62,907 bases of DNA from a virus (IMGVR_UViG_3300017967_000020:1-62907); one strand, 5' to 3'. Shown: positions 18,756 through 29,532, counted from the first letter of the stretch. Made by a program: numbers and translations. The notes: generated by a model not told the origin, from the sequence alone.

Positions 18756-21700
18756 ATGGCTTACAACTCTTTAAGTGGGACAGTAATCGGCCCGGATAAA
18801 ATCGTAGCAAAGTTAGATGGAACTTTAACTCAAATAACTGGTACTATCTCAGGCTCTTATATTGACTCTGAGGGTAATGCTGTTTCCTTTTCTACAATTG
18901 GCACACAAGATGGTGGAACAATTGGCGAAGCAGAAGACGGAGCATATACAGACGGATTGTTTACCGACTTTCATACTGGAACTTTGATTGGAGTACCAGT
19001 AGATCGTTTTAATGAATTGTTCAAGTCTTTGGTACCTTCGCCTGCTCCTAATGTCTCTAGGGCAAATGCTTCTCAAGACGGAACCGACGTTTATCTATCA
19101 TTTGGATCTTCAAACAATATGGAATCAGATCCAACTCCTTATTATTCTGTTGGAACTACAGCAGGATTCTCTGCAGTAGATAAAGGAGAGATCTATCAAA
19201 CTGAGACATCTGGTAATAATTTTAGACAGTCTGTGTTTCAACTAGGCACAAATATTACTGGTTTTATTAACTTTGATGTCACAGCATCTGTTTTAGGCTC
19301 AAATACAAACTATACTGCTGATGCATTTGGAAATGCAGAAACAGGATCGCTCAAATTATACATCAATAGTACTTCAAGTGCAGCACATACTTTAGATTTA
19401 TCTAATGCTGTTGGAGCCGGAAATCCCGGTGTTGGAACTAGTTCGTCCTTAAATGGCGACGGATCTGGGTTTACAAATATATCCGTCACAGCATCTGCAA
19501 CAGATGCAAATTCAAATACATTCGATATCTTCCAGCATAGAACAGCCAAATACATTGTACATTCAGCTTCTCAAAGAAGAGGATGGAACTATGCTTTTGT
19601 TAGGCATACAGTTGGTGCTGCCGATTATGACTCAAATTATATTGAATGGGTTAACGATGATGAATCTACTAATGTGACGATTACTGGAGATACACTAGCA
19701 AATATCACTCTAAGCGGATCTAGACACATCTCAGGGGTTCAATATAATACTAGTGCGACTGCTGAGTATCAATTTTTGATTTCAAATTTCTATAAAAATG
19801 TATACACTTTAGCAACAGTTAGCTGTACAGACTCAACTTCAAATGCTACGATTACAAACGCTACAATGCCTCATATTGGCGCTGACGATGAAAATAAGAC
19901 TGTTGCCCTTACGCAATCATTAAGCACTACAGATTCTATCATTTTAAACGAATCTATAGGTGCTTCTTCATCAGTTACCCATCCATTTAAGGGAACAGTA
20001 AATTCCAGTACTAACATGTCTGGATTTTTAATTTTTACACCTTCTGTTAGTGATCCGACAAATACACAAGAATATTTCAAGAATGAAGGTACATGGAGAC
20101 TTCCATCTTCTTCTTATCCTTCTCAGGTATCTGTAACAACAGGATCTTGGAATAGTGAAACTCATATGACAGGATCTGGCAATCATGCTGATGGCTTACA
20201 GATATATAATCAAAAATTAGTCTCACCTTTAAACACAACAAATGGAGGAGACTTTTCGTCTATTTCGAATACAGAATCTGGTAATCCAGACTATTCTTCT
20301 GTGACAGGATTGAGAACCTTTTATAGAGCTTTTAAGAACACAGGATCAGATGAGAGAGATATTTCAATCACGATCAAAGGATCGGCAACCATTGTATCTG
20401 CTGGAGCTTCTTTGGGAGCAAATGCAAACGTTAGAGTTCTTGTCAAGACTCCGGGAAAAACAGATTGGATGAATCTTGCTGACAACTTCTCGTTTAATGA
20501 TGTCTCAGAGGGAGCAGGAGCAAATGAGCTTGGATTAGATGCCACAATCGACGCAATTGGTGCGGTGAATGTTGCGACACTAGGTACAAAAGTTGTAGCT
20601 ACAAATGAATACTTCTTGATCAAGATTGAGGCTGATGCCGACTGGACTGGTAACATCACAGAAATTTCTGTATCATTCGGAGCAGGTACTGGTTCTCCAA
20701 CTTATGGTGTCAGTTTAGATGAGATTAACGAGAACACATCAAATAATGGCTCAACTGCTAATCTTTCTTTTGGGGCTAGTAAGTCAGTCGCAGGATATAC
20801 AGATGTGACATCAAGCCCTAACATTAATGGTGATGTAGACGTTAATCAGTTGTGGAGTCCAAACACTGGACTTACAAATCAAAGATTGGGTATTTATAAT
20901 AAAACAATTGATATCACAGCAAGACTAAATGATTCTGCGGAATCTTATAGAATTGATTCTGGATCTAGTGGGATTTTAAAACTTTATATCAATGGGGTTG
21001 AGCGTCATTCTGTAGACTTTTCATCTTTTGGTAGCGGAAACAGTTTGAATGCTTCTGGAAGTGGATTTACTAGTATTTCTGCAGTGGACTATCCTCAATA
21101 TTCAAACAATGTGCACGATTACACACGTCCATTTAGAACTGGATCTTTAATTGTCGATACCAATGATCAAAGAAACGGCTGGAATTTTGTTAGAGTAATT
21201 CATAGTGGAACTTGGGGAGAGTTGTCGTCAAGCTATATTGAATGGGTTAATGATGATGATTCGTCATCAATTGCTGTTACTGGTGGAGACATAACTAACT
21301 TTGACAACGATGGAACTTACTACTATAGTTCAGGTATCAAGCATTTTGCAACAGCACCCTCAGCTTCTTTTACTTTGACATCGAGTAACAATTATTTATA
21401 CGTATATGACAACGATACATCTGATGCAGTTGACTTTAATGATACACTGACTAATGTAACTATCACTGCAATGACAGCATCAGGAAATGGAATCAATACT
21501 TTAACAGATGCAAACGGCGTGTCAGCATATCCATCACTGTTAACATCATCAGGAGCAGAAGCAGAAGATGTTAATTATAATCTGACTTTAAGGTTTTCTC
21601 AAGCCACTTCGTTGCAGGGGGAATTTGTAGATGCTTCAGATAAGCACACAGCATCAATTGGAGAAGCTAGATTTTTGCAGCCTCCATTTAATGGAAATGA

Positions 21701-22481
21701 TAATTCATATTCTTCCTTTACTACTTCTGACTTCAATACATTCTCTAAATCTGGCTTCCTAAGGTTTAGTGGATCTGAGGTGAATACAAACTCTTCCTCT
21801 CAAGAACATTTTGAAGGAGAAGGGTACAGGCTGCAAAATAGAAATATTACATACAGTGCTCAAACTGATGTGACGAGTGTATCTAATGCTTGGGATTGGG
21901 AAAATCCTGTCAACAATACTGCTAGTTATGACAACTATGCTGATGGATTAGTTGTGTTTGATGGAAAACTTATTTCTCCAACCAAAGCAGGAGTTAGTGG
22001 AGATTGTAGAAATGTATCTGACGGAGGTACATTACAAGCCCCAACTGGTAACGTAAATTATTCATCTGCAAATTTAGATATCGGAACAAGAACATATGTT
22101 AGATTCTTTAAGAATACTAGCGATGGAAGTAAATCAAACGCTTCGATCACTCTGTACGGTTCAGGTACTATGGAAGATGTGTCTGATGCTTTAGGAGCAG
22201 GAAAGTTTACAGTTGAAGTTAAATTTCCTTCAACTTCATCAGCAGTATCTACAGCTTGGCTTGATGCAGGATCTCCATACGTATCAAATAATAAAGACAC
22301 GGATGGAGCTGGTGCTTTTGTTGGCGCTGGCGATGCTCTACCTTTAACCATCTCAGATGGTGGATCATCTTTTACTGTAACATTTAACGGTGGCTCGTGG
22401 TTAACTAGTCAGTATCTTTTGGTTAGGATAAAGGCAAGTGCAAGTTGGGATGGGTACATAGACAGGATAGATATAGGATAA
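18756..22481 (+). CDS. Large virion appendage protein with an internal duplication
   Basis: 1241 aa, beta-rich; blocks such as LKLYIN..GSGFT.IS..QR.GWN...H..YIEWVNDD occur twice. Confidence 0.6.
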   Translation: MAYNSLSGTVIGPDKIVAKLDGTLTQITGTISGSYIDSEGNAVSFSTIGTQDGGTIGEAEDGAYTDGLFTDFHTGTLIGVPVDRFNELFKSLVPSPAPNVSRANASQDGTDVYLSFGSSNNMESDPTPYYSVGTTAGFSAVDKGEIYQTETSGNNFRQSVFQLGTNITGFINFDVTASVLGSNTNYTADAFGNAETGSLKLYINSTSSAAHTLDLSNAVGAGNPGVGTSSSLNGDGSGFTNISVTASATDANSNTFDIFQHRTAKYIVHSASQRRGWNYAFVRHTVGAADYDSNYIEWVNDDESTNVTITGDTLANITLSGSRHISGVQYNTSATAEYQFLISNFYKNVYTLATVSCTDSTSNATITNATMPHIGADDENKTVALTQSLSTTDSIILNESIGASSSVTHPFKGTVNSSTNMSGFLIFTPSVSDPTNTQEYFKNEGTWRLPSSSYPSQVSVTTGSWNSETHMTGSGNHADGLQIYNQKLVSPLNTTNGGDFSSISNTESGNPDYSSVTGLRTFYRAFKNTGSDERDISITIKGSATIVSAGASLGANANVRVLVKTPGKTDWMNLADNFSFNDVSEGAGANELGLDATIDAIGAVNVATLGTKVVATNEYFLIKIEADADWTGNITEISVSFGAGTGSPTYGVSLDEINENTSNNGSTANLSFGASKSVAGYTDVTSSPNINGDVDVNQLWSPNTGLTNQRLGIYNKTIDITARLNDSAESYRIDSGSSGILKLYINGVERHSVDFSSFGSGNSLNASGSGFTSISAVDYPQYSNNVHDYTRPFRTGSLIVDTNDQRNGWNFVRVIHSGTWGELSSSYIEWVNDDDSSSIAVTGGDITNFDNDGTYYYSSGIKHFATAPSASFTLTSSNNYLYVYDNDTSDAVDFNDTLTNVTITAMTASGNGINTLTDANGVSAYPSLLTSSGAEAEDVNYNLTLRFSQATSLQGEFVDASDKHTASIGEARFLQPPFNGNDNSYSSFTTSDFNTFSKSGFLRFSGSEVNTNSSSQEHFEGEGYRLQNRNITYSAQTDVTSVSNAWDWENPVNNTASYDNYADGLVVFDGKLISPTKAGVSGDCRNVSDGGTLQAPTGNVNYSSANLDIGTRTYVRFFKNTSDGSKSNASITLYGSGTMEDVSDALGAGKFTVEVKFPSTSSAVSTAWLDAGSPYVSNNKDTDGAGAFVGAGDALPLTISDGGSSFTVTFNGGSWLTSQYLLVRIKASASWDGYIDRIDIG

Positions 22482-22485
22482 TAAT

Positions 22486-23490
22486 ATGGCTTTACCGGGA
22501 ACAGGATCAACAAATCAGGCACAAACCATATCTGCTTTCAAAAAGTTAGCAGGTAAGGCAAACACGTCTGCGCTTAGAGAATTTTATGAAGAAACAATAC
22601 CTTCGAATATTCAAGTCAAGACAGATACTATTTTCGCAGAAGAGATACCTCAAACTGTATCAGCAAACACATCAGATTTATATACTAGGTACTCTGCTTC
22701 TTCTGGAGCACCTGCTACTGTAGAGTTTGTCGAATTTACAATTGAATCAATCTTAGGTACTGATTATGATGCAAACACAGGATCATTCGGAGATGTTGGG
22801 TTTGGTGCTGGAGATGAGGCGCAAAGTTCAGGATTTCACGGATTTCAATTAAAACTACATGCTGATTATAATGTCTCTTCTTCCAATCCATTATCCGGAA
22901 CTGCTCCTTTTTCTAGTTCTCAAGTCGTGCATGAGACAAATGGTGAACTGCAATTAGTTTCTCCTTCTTTCGGCCCACAATCTGGGAACAATTATACAAT
23001 TCAACTCTACACCAGTAAAGGTGGTTCTAGAATTTACCCAACTGATCCTATTGATTGGGTAATGGATTACTTTAATGGCGTCTTGTTTATTCAAGACTAT
23101 AATGCTTCTAAAACCCCAACATATGCAGTTGGCTATATCTATACTGGTAAAATGGCTTCCACTGCAATCACAGATGCATCAGGTTCCGGAGGAAGCGGAG
23201 GAATTTCTTATAGCAGAAGAGCCATATCTACAAACGCAACAGCTTCCGTTGGCGATACATTAATTGGAGTAACTTCAACTGGATCTATAGAACTTAGGCT
23301 TGCCCCTGCACAAGATTTAGAAGCAGGACAATACATGACAATTAAAAAAGAAGTTAACTCAAATAATCAAGTAACAATCTCAACTTCTGGATCACAAACA
23401 ATTGATGGCGTGAGTTCGGTAATATTAGAATCACCGTTTGCTGCCTTGAATCTATATTCCGATGGTGTCGGATCCTATTATATTTACTAA
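22486..23490 (+). CDS. Fibre/appendage protein
   Basis: Shared C-terminal domain (VTISTSGSQTIDG..ILESPFAALNLY). Confidence 0.55.
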   Translation: MALPGTGSTNQAQTISAFKKLAGKANTSALREFYEETIPSNIQVKTDTIFAEEIPQTVSANTSDLYTRYSASSGAPATVEFVEFTIESILGTDYDANTGSFGDVGFGAGDEAQSSGFHGFQLKLHADYNVSSSNPLSGTAPFSSSQVVHETNGELQLVSPSFGPQSGNNYTIQLYTSKGGSRIYPTDPIDWVMDYFNGVLFIQDYNASKTPTYAVGYIYTGKMASTAITDASGSGGSGGISYSRRAISTNATASVGDTLIGVTSTGSIELRLAPAQDLEAGQYMTIKKEVNSNNQVTISTSGSQTIDGVSSVILESPFAALNLYSDGVGSYYIY

Positions 23491-23517
23491 CCTTTTCATA
23501 CCCAAGTATACTATATA

Positions 23518-23550
23518 ATAATGATGAGAGTCGTGTGTTCTCATCATTAT
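23518..23550 (+). other. 13-bp stem-loop in the leader of the 23582 gene
   Basis: ATAATGATGAGAG-tcgtgtg-TTCTCATCATTAT, just after an ACTATATA motif (23510). Confidence 0.55.
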
Positions 23551-23581
23551 GCTTGATTAATATATAATGGAGGGTTTAATT

Positions 23582-25060
23582 ATGGCTTATAAATTTCAAT
23601 TAGGGACTGCTCGTTTGAGTGGCTCTGTGATTGCCGAAGGTGCTCTTAGTGGTACCTCTGGCGTGTTTGATGGTGGAAACATTACCAATGTTGGTACTGC
23701 TTCTATCCAATATGTTTCCGCATCTGTTCAGTTAGTTGGTGCTGCAATTGGATTGTCTGATGCTTCTGGGCTTCTTAAGTCTGGTGGTGGTTTAGAAGAC
23801 GATGCTGGTGAGGTTGCTATCTCTACTGGCGGTGTTACAAACCTCATGTTGAGCGGTGGCATTGCAGGCTCAAAGCTTGCTGATGGTGCTGTTGGCAATA
23901 CTCAATTGTCTGGAAATATTTCTGCAGATAAATTGAATTTTGCTGCTGGAGTACTTTCTAGTTCTGCTGGGCAATTGACTATTGATGCTGGCGGTGTTAC
24001 AAACAATATGTTGAGCGGTGCTGTTGCATTCAGCAAGTTGGCATCTTTAACTGATGGCAACATTCTTGTTGGTAATGGCTCTAACGTAGCTGCTTCTGTT
24101 GCTGTATCTGGTGATATCACCATCAGTAATGCCGGTGTTACTGCAATTGGTTCTGGTAAAGTTACCAATACTATGTTGTCTGGTGCGATTGCTGCAGGTA
24201 ATTTGCAATTAGGCGACGGTTTGGCTGATAGTTCAGATATCTTGGTTGTAGATTTGAACACTAGCTCTGGTTTGGAGTTTTCTGGTGGTAAATTGCAAGT
24301 TGATCTTTCTTCTTCCAATGCTCTTGCTTTGGATGCAGGTGGCTTGGATCTTAAATCAACAATTGCTGGTTCTAGAACGTTCTCTAACGATGTTACTGTT
24401 AACGGTAACTTCACTGTTCTTGGATCTACTTTCTCAGCTTCTGTTGGTACATTGCTAATTGAAGATGCTGAAATCGTTATTGCTGACGGTGCTTCTGCAC
24501 TTTCTGCCTCTCAAGGTATCTACATCGGTGAAGATACTTCTGGAACACCTTTGGCTTCTTTCAAAGTTGGTGATGCTCTTGGCACTAATGATGCATTTGT
24601 TTCTTCATTGAACTTGTCTGCTCCAAATATCTATTCCGCTGGAACATTTGCCACTGATGATTGGACTATCGATTCTACTCACATTTCTGGTAACTTGCCT
24701 GTAAGTGCTTCTGCGTTCTACGGTGATGGCTCTAATTTGTCAAATATTTCTGCTGATTCTCTTGCTCTTGGAGCTGGAGTTTTGACTGGTACTGGTAATA
24801 TTACTAGTAAGTTGACTAGATTGGACTCTGCTGGTGGCGCATTTACTGCTACTTTGCCTGGAATTTCTTCTGCTGATGAAGGTACGATGTATGTTCTTAA
24901 AGCATTAGGATCTGCTGCATCCAACAATGTAACAATTTCTCCTAGTGGATCTCAAAAGATTGACGGTGCTGCACAGTCAATTGTTCTTGAGTCTGACTTT
25001 GCTGCTGTTACTTTGTTTGTCATTGACAACGGCGGTACGGCTGAATGGATCATCGTCTAA
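23582..25060 (+). CDS. Fibre protein, probably high-copy
   Basis: GGVTNxMLSG repeats, FYGDGSNL and the shared C-terminal domain; strong NNT codon bias like the capsid gene; GGAGG RBS before ATG 23582. Confidence 0.6.
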   Translation: MAYKFQLGTARLSGSVIAEGALSGTSGVFDGGNITNVGTASIQYVSASVQLVGAAIGLSDASGLLKSGGGLEDDAGEVAISTGGVTNLMLSGGIAGSKLADGAVGNTQLSGNISADKLNFAAGVLSSSAGQLTIDAGGVTNNMLSGAVAFSKLASLTDGNILVGNGSNVAASVAVSGDITISNAGVTAIGSGKVTNTMLSGAIAAGNLQLGDGLADSSDILVVDLNTSSGLEFSGGKLQVDLSSSNALALDAGGLDLKSTIAGSRTFSNDVTVNGNFTVLGSTFSASVGTLLIEDAEIVIADGASALSASQGIYIGEDTSGTPLASFKVGDALGTNDAFVSSLNLSAPNIYSAGTFATDDWTIDSTHISGNLPVSASAFYGDGSNLSNISADSLALGAGVLTGTGNITSKLTRLDSAGGAFTATLPGISSADEGTMYVLKALGSAASNNVTISPSGSQKIDGAAQSIVLESDFAAVTLFVIDNGGTAEWIIV

Positions 25061-25090
25061 TTTATTAGACTTCAAGAATTATTCTTGGAA

Positions 25091-25117
25091 GGGTTGGGCG
25101 AAAGTCCAGCCCTTTTT
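25091..25117 (+). terminator. Rho-independent terminator
   Basis: GGGTTGGGC-GAAA-GTCCAGCCC-TTTTT, followed at once by the CTATTTATA late motif. Confidence 0.8.
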
Positions 25118-25144
25118 CTATTTATAAAAAATGGAGGATTGAAT

Positions 25145-25969
25145 ATGTCATACAAGTATTCTAAAGGAGCAACAGTTCAAGGAGACATCAAAGCAGCAGA
25201 TGATGCTCAAAGAGATACACTAATTGATTTTGGAGAAGATCAGATCGATTTCCAAACAAGTGGATCGGTAAGAATGAAGATTCATAACGAAGGAGCAGAT
25301 CTTACAGGCTCTTTACATATAAAACAAAATGGCGATCAAGAAATGCTTAGGTTTGCTAAAGAAGATGCAGAGACATCAGAAATGGTTTTTGAAATGGGGG
25401 GCAACGATAAGTTCCAAATGTTTCTCAACTCTTACGAAAACATGGTTTTTGCAACTGTAAATTCTTCTGATGATTTCTTGCTAAAGCTAGCTGGTGTTAC
25501 GGCAATCTATGGACAGGGAAGCCCTAAAGAATTGAGACTATGGGATTCTTATAATGTCAACTATGATACAATTGTTAATTCGCCACTGAGAGTCTCAGGA
25601 ACAGCACAATTTGACTCCGCTATTTCTTTTGAAGATGTCATCATGGCTGAATTGTCTGTTCCGGGAGTCGATCTACAGACAGATACAAACGCCTATCGCT
25701 TTACAAGCCCATACAATCTTGAACTTCTCTCTTTGGGGCTAACGCTAGATACTGCTGCATCATCTGGAGACACCACAATTAACGTAACAAACCCTGATGA
25801 CGGCACATTAATCACAGCGACAATTTCAGCAACAAATGATTTTGTCACGCAAAACACCGTCACTTCAGGTTCGAGATCTCAAGGAAACAACATTACATTT
25901 GAAATTACAGCAGCAGGAACTGGTGCACAAGGACTTAGAGCGAACCTCTATTTCAGGAGAACAATCTAA
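25145..25969 (+). CDS. Fibre-associated virion protein
   Basis: ATG 25145 with GGAGG RBS; DQIDFQTSGSVRMKI is a fibre-shaft-like motif. Confidence 0.5.
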   Translation: MSYKYSKGATVQGDIKAADDAQRDTLIDFGEDQIDFQTSGSVRMKIHNEGADLTGSLHIKQNGDQEMLRFAKEDAETSEMVFEMGGNDKFQMFLNSYENMVFATVNSSDDFLLKLAGVTAIYGQGSPKELRLWDSYNVNYDTIVNSPLRVSGTAQFDSAISFEDVIMAELSVPGVDLQTDTNAYRFTSPYNLELLSLGLTLDTAASSGDTTINVTNPDDGTLITATISATNDFVTQNTVTSGSRSQGNNITFEITAAGTGAQGLRANLYFRRTI

Positions 25970-26487
25970 TGCCAATCGTTCATAGGAAAGAAAGGTTAAG
26001 AAGCGGATTATTCGGAAGATACTTTAACACTTATTTTAGCGATAACATGGGAAATTTAACTTCTCCTACAAACTCTGATGTTAGAACTCAATTATCTTCA
26101 TATACTGTGGACACGACTGATACTTGGTTATTTCGTGGCTACTTTCTGGCTAACACCACAGCAACAAATTGGCAGTTCAGAACCAATTCTGATGATGCAT
26201 CGTGGTTGTGGATTGGATCTAACTCTACAGCAACGGACACAAATCTGGTTACTGGGAGTGCCGTCGTCAATAATGGAGGACTGCATGGTACCCAGACTAG
26301 AACAAGTTCAAACATTTCTTTGACAGATGGAGTTTTTTATCCCTTTACTGTTGTGATTGGAAACAATTCAGGGCCGGGAACCTTAACCGTTGAGTTCTCA
26401 AGCAACGGAGGAACAAATTGGCAGTCGGATGGAAATGGATTCTATTTTCACAATCCATATGCACCCAATGGTTATAATATTGAATAA
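25969..26487 (+). CDS. PA14-domain (carbohydrate-binding) protein
   Basis: FRGYF..WQFRTNSDDASWLWIG..VVNNGGLHG is the PA14/GLEYA pattern. Confidence 0.7.
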   Translation: MPIVHRKERLRSGLFGRYFNTYFSDNMGNLTSPTNSDVRTQLSSYTVDTTDTWLFRGYFLANTTATNWQFRTNSDDASWLWIGSNSTATDTNLVTGSAVVNNGGLHGTQTRTSSNISLTDGVFYPFTVVIGNNSGPGTLTVEFSSNGGTNWQSDGNGFYFHNPYAPNGYNIE

Positions 26488-26553
26488 ACATTCTTTTTAT
26501 TAACATTACTACAATTTAATGTTGATAAACTAATATATTAGGAGTTTTACGTA

Positions 26554-27675
26554 ATGTCATTATTGAAACAAGCAATAGTTGATGCTGCCAACTTAAAAGA
26601 AGCAGCTCTTAAGAACGCAGAGCAGATGATTCTTGAGAAATATTCAAATGAAATTAAATCTGCTGTTGATACTTTGCTTGAAGCAGAAGAAGAAGGTGGT
26701 TTAGATCTTGGTGGCGATCCTGCAGGAGAAGGTGATCTTGCAGATGATACTACAGAAGATATGGATCCTAGCACTTTTGAAGAAGAAAATTTAATCCCAC
26801 CCTCATATATGGAAGGAGAACAAATTGCTTCTAAAAATGGAGAAATGTCTTTTTCAACTCCAGATGAAGGTGAAACTATTGATATCAACATCAGCCCAGA
26901 AGAATTGGCTCAATTTTTGAGAGACGCTGATCAAAATGAATCAGGACAATATATCGATTCAAAATTAGACAATTTTCAATCACAGATGGATGATGATCAA
27001 GTTGAGATTGACTTGTCTCAGCTTGCAGATCTTTCTGACGAAGAAGAATTGGGTTTTGATGACGATGAAATCATGGAATTACCAGATGATTTAGAAGGCA
27101 TGGAAAGAATGGTAGCAGAAGTCTTGGATGTAGATCACAAACCACAGCCACATGGAATGAATGGGCAACTTGGTGGTGGACTTAATTCTGTTGAGTTAGA
27201 AAATGCTATCGATATGGCTCTGGCAAAAGCAATGTCAGATGACATGCAAGAAGAAAATGAAGAATTAAAAGATACTCTTGCGGAACTTGAAGAGCAAGTT
27301 CAACATTTGCAAGAGCAAAATAAAAAGTTTAAATCCGTAACAATTCAATTGAAAGATAAACTGGAAGAATCAGTTATTACCAATGCCAAATTGTTATACT
27401 CAAATCGTGTACTTATTAGTGCCTCCCTGAATGAGCGACAAAAATCTAAAATTGTCGAAGCCTTAAATAATGCACACACCGTAGATGAAGCAAAGACTAT
27501 CTATGAAACACTTCAGAGCACAGTGGGAGATAATACAAACTCTCCTCAAACACTGAGCGAAGCGATTAATAGAAACGCTGGGCGATCTTCTACACTTCCG
27601 AGACGTGCTCCTGAGAAGGAGACTCTCAATGAAAATGCCACATCGAGAATGTTGAAACTCGCTGGCATTAAATAA
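26554..27675 (+). CDS. Prohead scaffold/core protein (gp22-like)
   Basis: Very acidic with a coiled coil, immediately before the capsid gene; ends RMLKLAGIK; many (L/I)xE sites. Confidence 0.75.
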   Translation: MSLLKQAIVDAANLKEAALKNAEQMILEKYSNEIKSAVDTLLEAEEEGGLDLGGDPAGEGDLADDTTEDMDPSTFEEENLIPPSYMEGEQIASKNGEMSFSTPDEGETIDINISPEELAQFLRDADQNESGQYIDSKLDNFQSQMDDDQVEIDLSQLADLSDEEELGFDDDEIMELPDDLEGMERMVAEVLDVDHKPQPHGMNGQLGGGLNSVELENAIDMALAKAMSDDMQEENEELKDTLAELEEQVQHLQEQNKKFKSVTIQLKDKLEESVITNAKLLYSNRVLISASLNERQKSKIVEALNNAHTVDEAKTIYETLQSTVGDNTNSPQTLSEAINRNAGRSSTLPRRAPEKETLNENATSRMLKLAGIK

Positions 27676-27706
27676 GACAATATTAATTAATTTGGAGGAA
27701 AATATT

Positions 27707-29467
27707 ATGTCTATCGTTGAAAAATTAACTGAAGGTATTGTCAGACGTGATCTTGCTAAAGAAGGTGCTGCTCTGTTGAACAAATGGGAACGCACTGGTT
27801 TGTTGGAAGGTTTGGATTCTGATTATGCTAAAAACAATATGGCTTCTCTTCTTGAGAACCAAGCTAAGGAATTGCTTCGTGAGGCTTCTTTGATGTCTCA
27901 AGGTGATGTTGAAGGTTTCGCTGCTGTTGCTTTTCCTATCGTACGTCGTGTATTCGGCTCTTTGATCGCTAACGATCTTGTATCTGTTCAGCCTATGTCT
28001 TTGCCATCTGGTTTGATCTTCTTCTTGGACTTTAAATTTGGTTCTGAAGGTGGCGGTATGCCAAGAACTGGTTTTTATGAAGATGAATCAATCTACGGAC
28101 AAGGTGTCATTGGTTCACAATTGACTGGTGGTGTTGACATGAACAACCTTACTGAAGACAAGCAGCCGTTTGGACTTCAAGCAGGTTTCGCTCATGCTTC
28201 TGGTAATGTTGCATCAAATGCATCTGCAGTCGTACACGGACTTGAGTTTGTTGATTCTGGAACTGTTGGTTCTGATGCTGACATTGATAAGTTGGTTCAG
28301 TTCGATCCAGATCTTGCTGCAGGAACATTGATTACTGTTGCTCGTCTTACTCTTTCTGAATTGGATCAAATTGATTCTACAGAAAAAGGACTTAAGCATC
28401 TTGTTGTTCAATCTGCCTCTGCTCGTCCTGGGCTTATTGATGGTGCTAGCATTCTTTCTTGTTCTGCTGATCTTAGTCAAGTTCGTCGTTTGACTAAACT
28501 TTCCGGAACTGCTACTGATCATGCATTGCTTTTCTTCACTGGCTCAAACGTATGTTCTGCATCTGCTGGCGATGAATTGTTTTCTACTGCTAATATCAAA
28601 TTCCGATATCGTGCCACTGATGATATCGTAACTGGTTCTGGCTTGGGCTCTGTTGTTGGGCAATCCCAATGGCAATTGGAAGCACAAGAAAGCATTCCAG
28701 AAATCGAAATCAAAGTTGACAGTATTTCCGTAACTGCTCAAACCAAAAAGTTGAAAGCAAAGTGGAGTCCTGAGTTGGGGCAAGACTTGAATGCTTACCA
28801 CAACTTGGATGCTGAAGTTGAGTTGACTTCTATCTTGTCTGAACAAATCGCTTTGGAAATCGATCGTGAAATCTTGGCTGATTTGATTAGTGGTGCTAAA
28901 GCTGCTACTTATTACTGGAGTCGCTCTCCTGGTTTGTTCGTGAACAAGACTACTGGTGCTGCTATCGTTACTTCTAGTACTGTTGCTCCTGATTTCACTG
29001 GAAACGTTTCTGAATGGTATGAGACTTTGATCGAAACCATCAATGATGTTTCTGCTCAAATCCATAGAAAGACATTGCGTGGTGGCGCTAACTTCTTGGT
29101 TTGCGGCCCTGAAGTTGCTAACATCTTGGAATTCACCTCTGGTTTCCGTGCTAACGTTTCTCATGCTGATGAGAAAGGTACTGTTGGCGCTGTTAACGTA
29201 GGTTCTATCTCTAAGAAGTTCGATGTTATGGTTGATCCATACTTCCCACGAAATGTTATTTTGGTTGGACGTAAAGGTAACTCTTTCTTGGAAAGCGGTT
29301 ATGTATACGCTCCTTATGTCCCATTGCAAGTGACTCCTACTATCTTCGGTACTGAAGACTTCGTTCCTCGTAAAGGTGTTATGACACGCTATGCGAAGAA
29401 GATGGTTCGTCCAGATATGTACGGTTTGGTTATCGTTCGTGGATTGTTGGGAGGCGATAACGCCTAA
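27707..29467 (+). CDS. Major capsid protein (T4 gp23-like)
   Basis: LLENQ, VQPMSLPSGLIFFL, KLKAKWSPELGQDLNAYH, EIDREIL, YAPYVPL and GVMTRYA; GGAGG RBS before ATG 27707. Confidence 0.97.
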   Translation: MSIVEKLTEGIVRRDLAKEGAALLNKWERTGLLEGLDSDYAKNNMASLLENQAKELLREASLMSQGDVEGFAAVAFPIVRRVFGSLIANDLVSVQPMSLPSGLIFFLDFKFGSEGGGMPRTGFYEDESIYGQGVIGSQLTGGVDMNNLTEDKQPFGLQAGFAHASGNVASNASAVVHGLEFVDSGTVGSDADIDKLVQFDPDLAAGTLITVARLTLSELDQIDSTEKGLKHLVVQSASARPGLIDGASILSCSADLSQVRRLTKLSGTATDHALLFFTGSNVCSASAGDELFSTANIKFRYRATDDIVTGSGLGSVVGQSQWQLEAQESIPEIEIKVDSISVTAQTKKLKAKWSPELGQDLNAYHNLDAEVELTSILSEQIALEIDREILADLISGAKAATYYWSRSPGLFVNKTTGAAIVTSSTVAPDFTGNVSEWYETLIETINDVSAQIHRKTLRGGANFLVCGPEVANILEFTSGFRANVSHADEKGTVGAVNVGSISKKFDVMVDPYFPRNVILVGRKGNSFLESGYVYAPYVPLQVTPTIFGTEDFVPRKGVMTRYAKKMVRPDMYGLVIVRGLLGGDNA

Positions 29468-29499
29468 TCATCTCTGATTGTCTAAGATAATCACATTAC

Positions 29500-29532
29500 A
29501 AGCCTCCTTCTCTTTGAGTTGGGGGCTTTTTT
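29500..29532 (+). terminator. Terminator after major capsid gene
   Basis: AAGCCTCC...GGGGGCTT stem followed by a T run. Confidence 0.7.

Noticed and set aside
28544-29329. 261-aa minus-strand ORF and other long antisense ORFs (e.g. 23902-24414, 36302-36805, 41465-42013)
   Set aside because: They shadow well-supported + strand genes whose codon bias suppresses antisense stops; no RBS or motifs.
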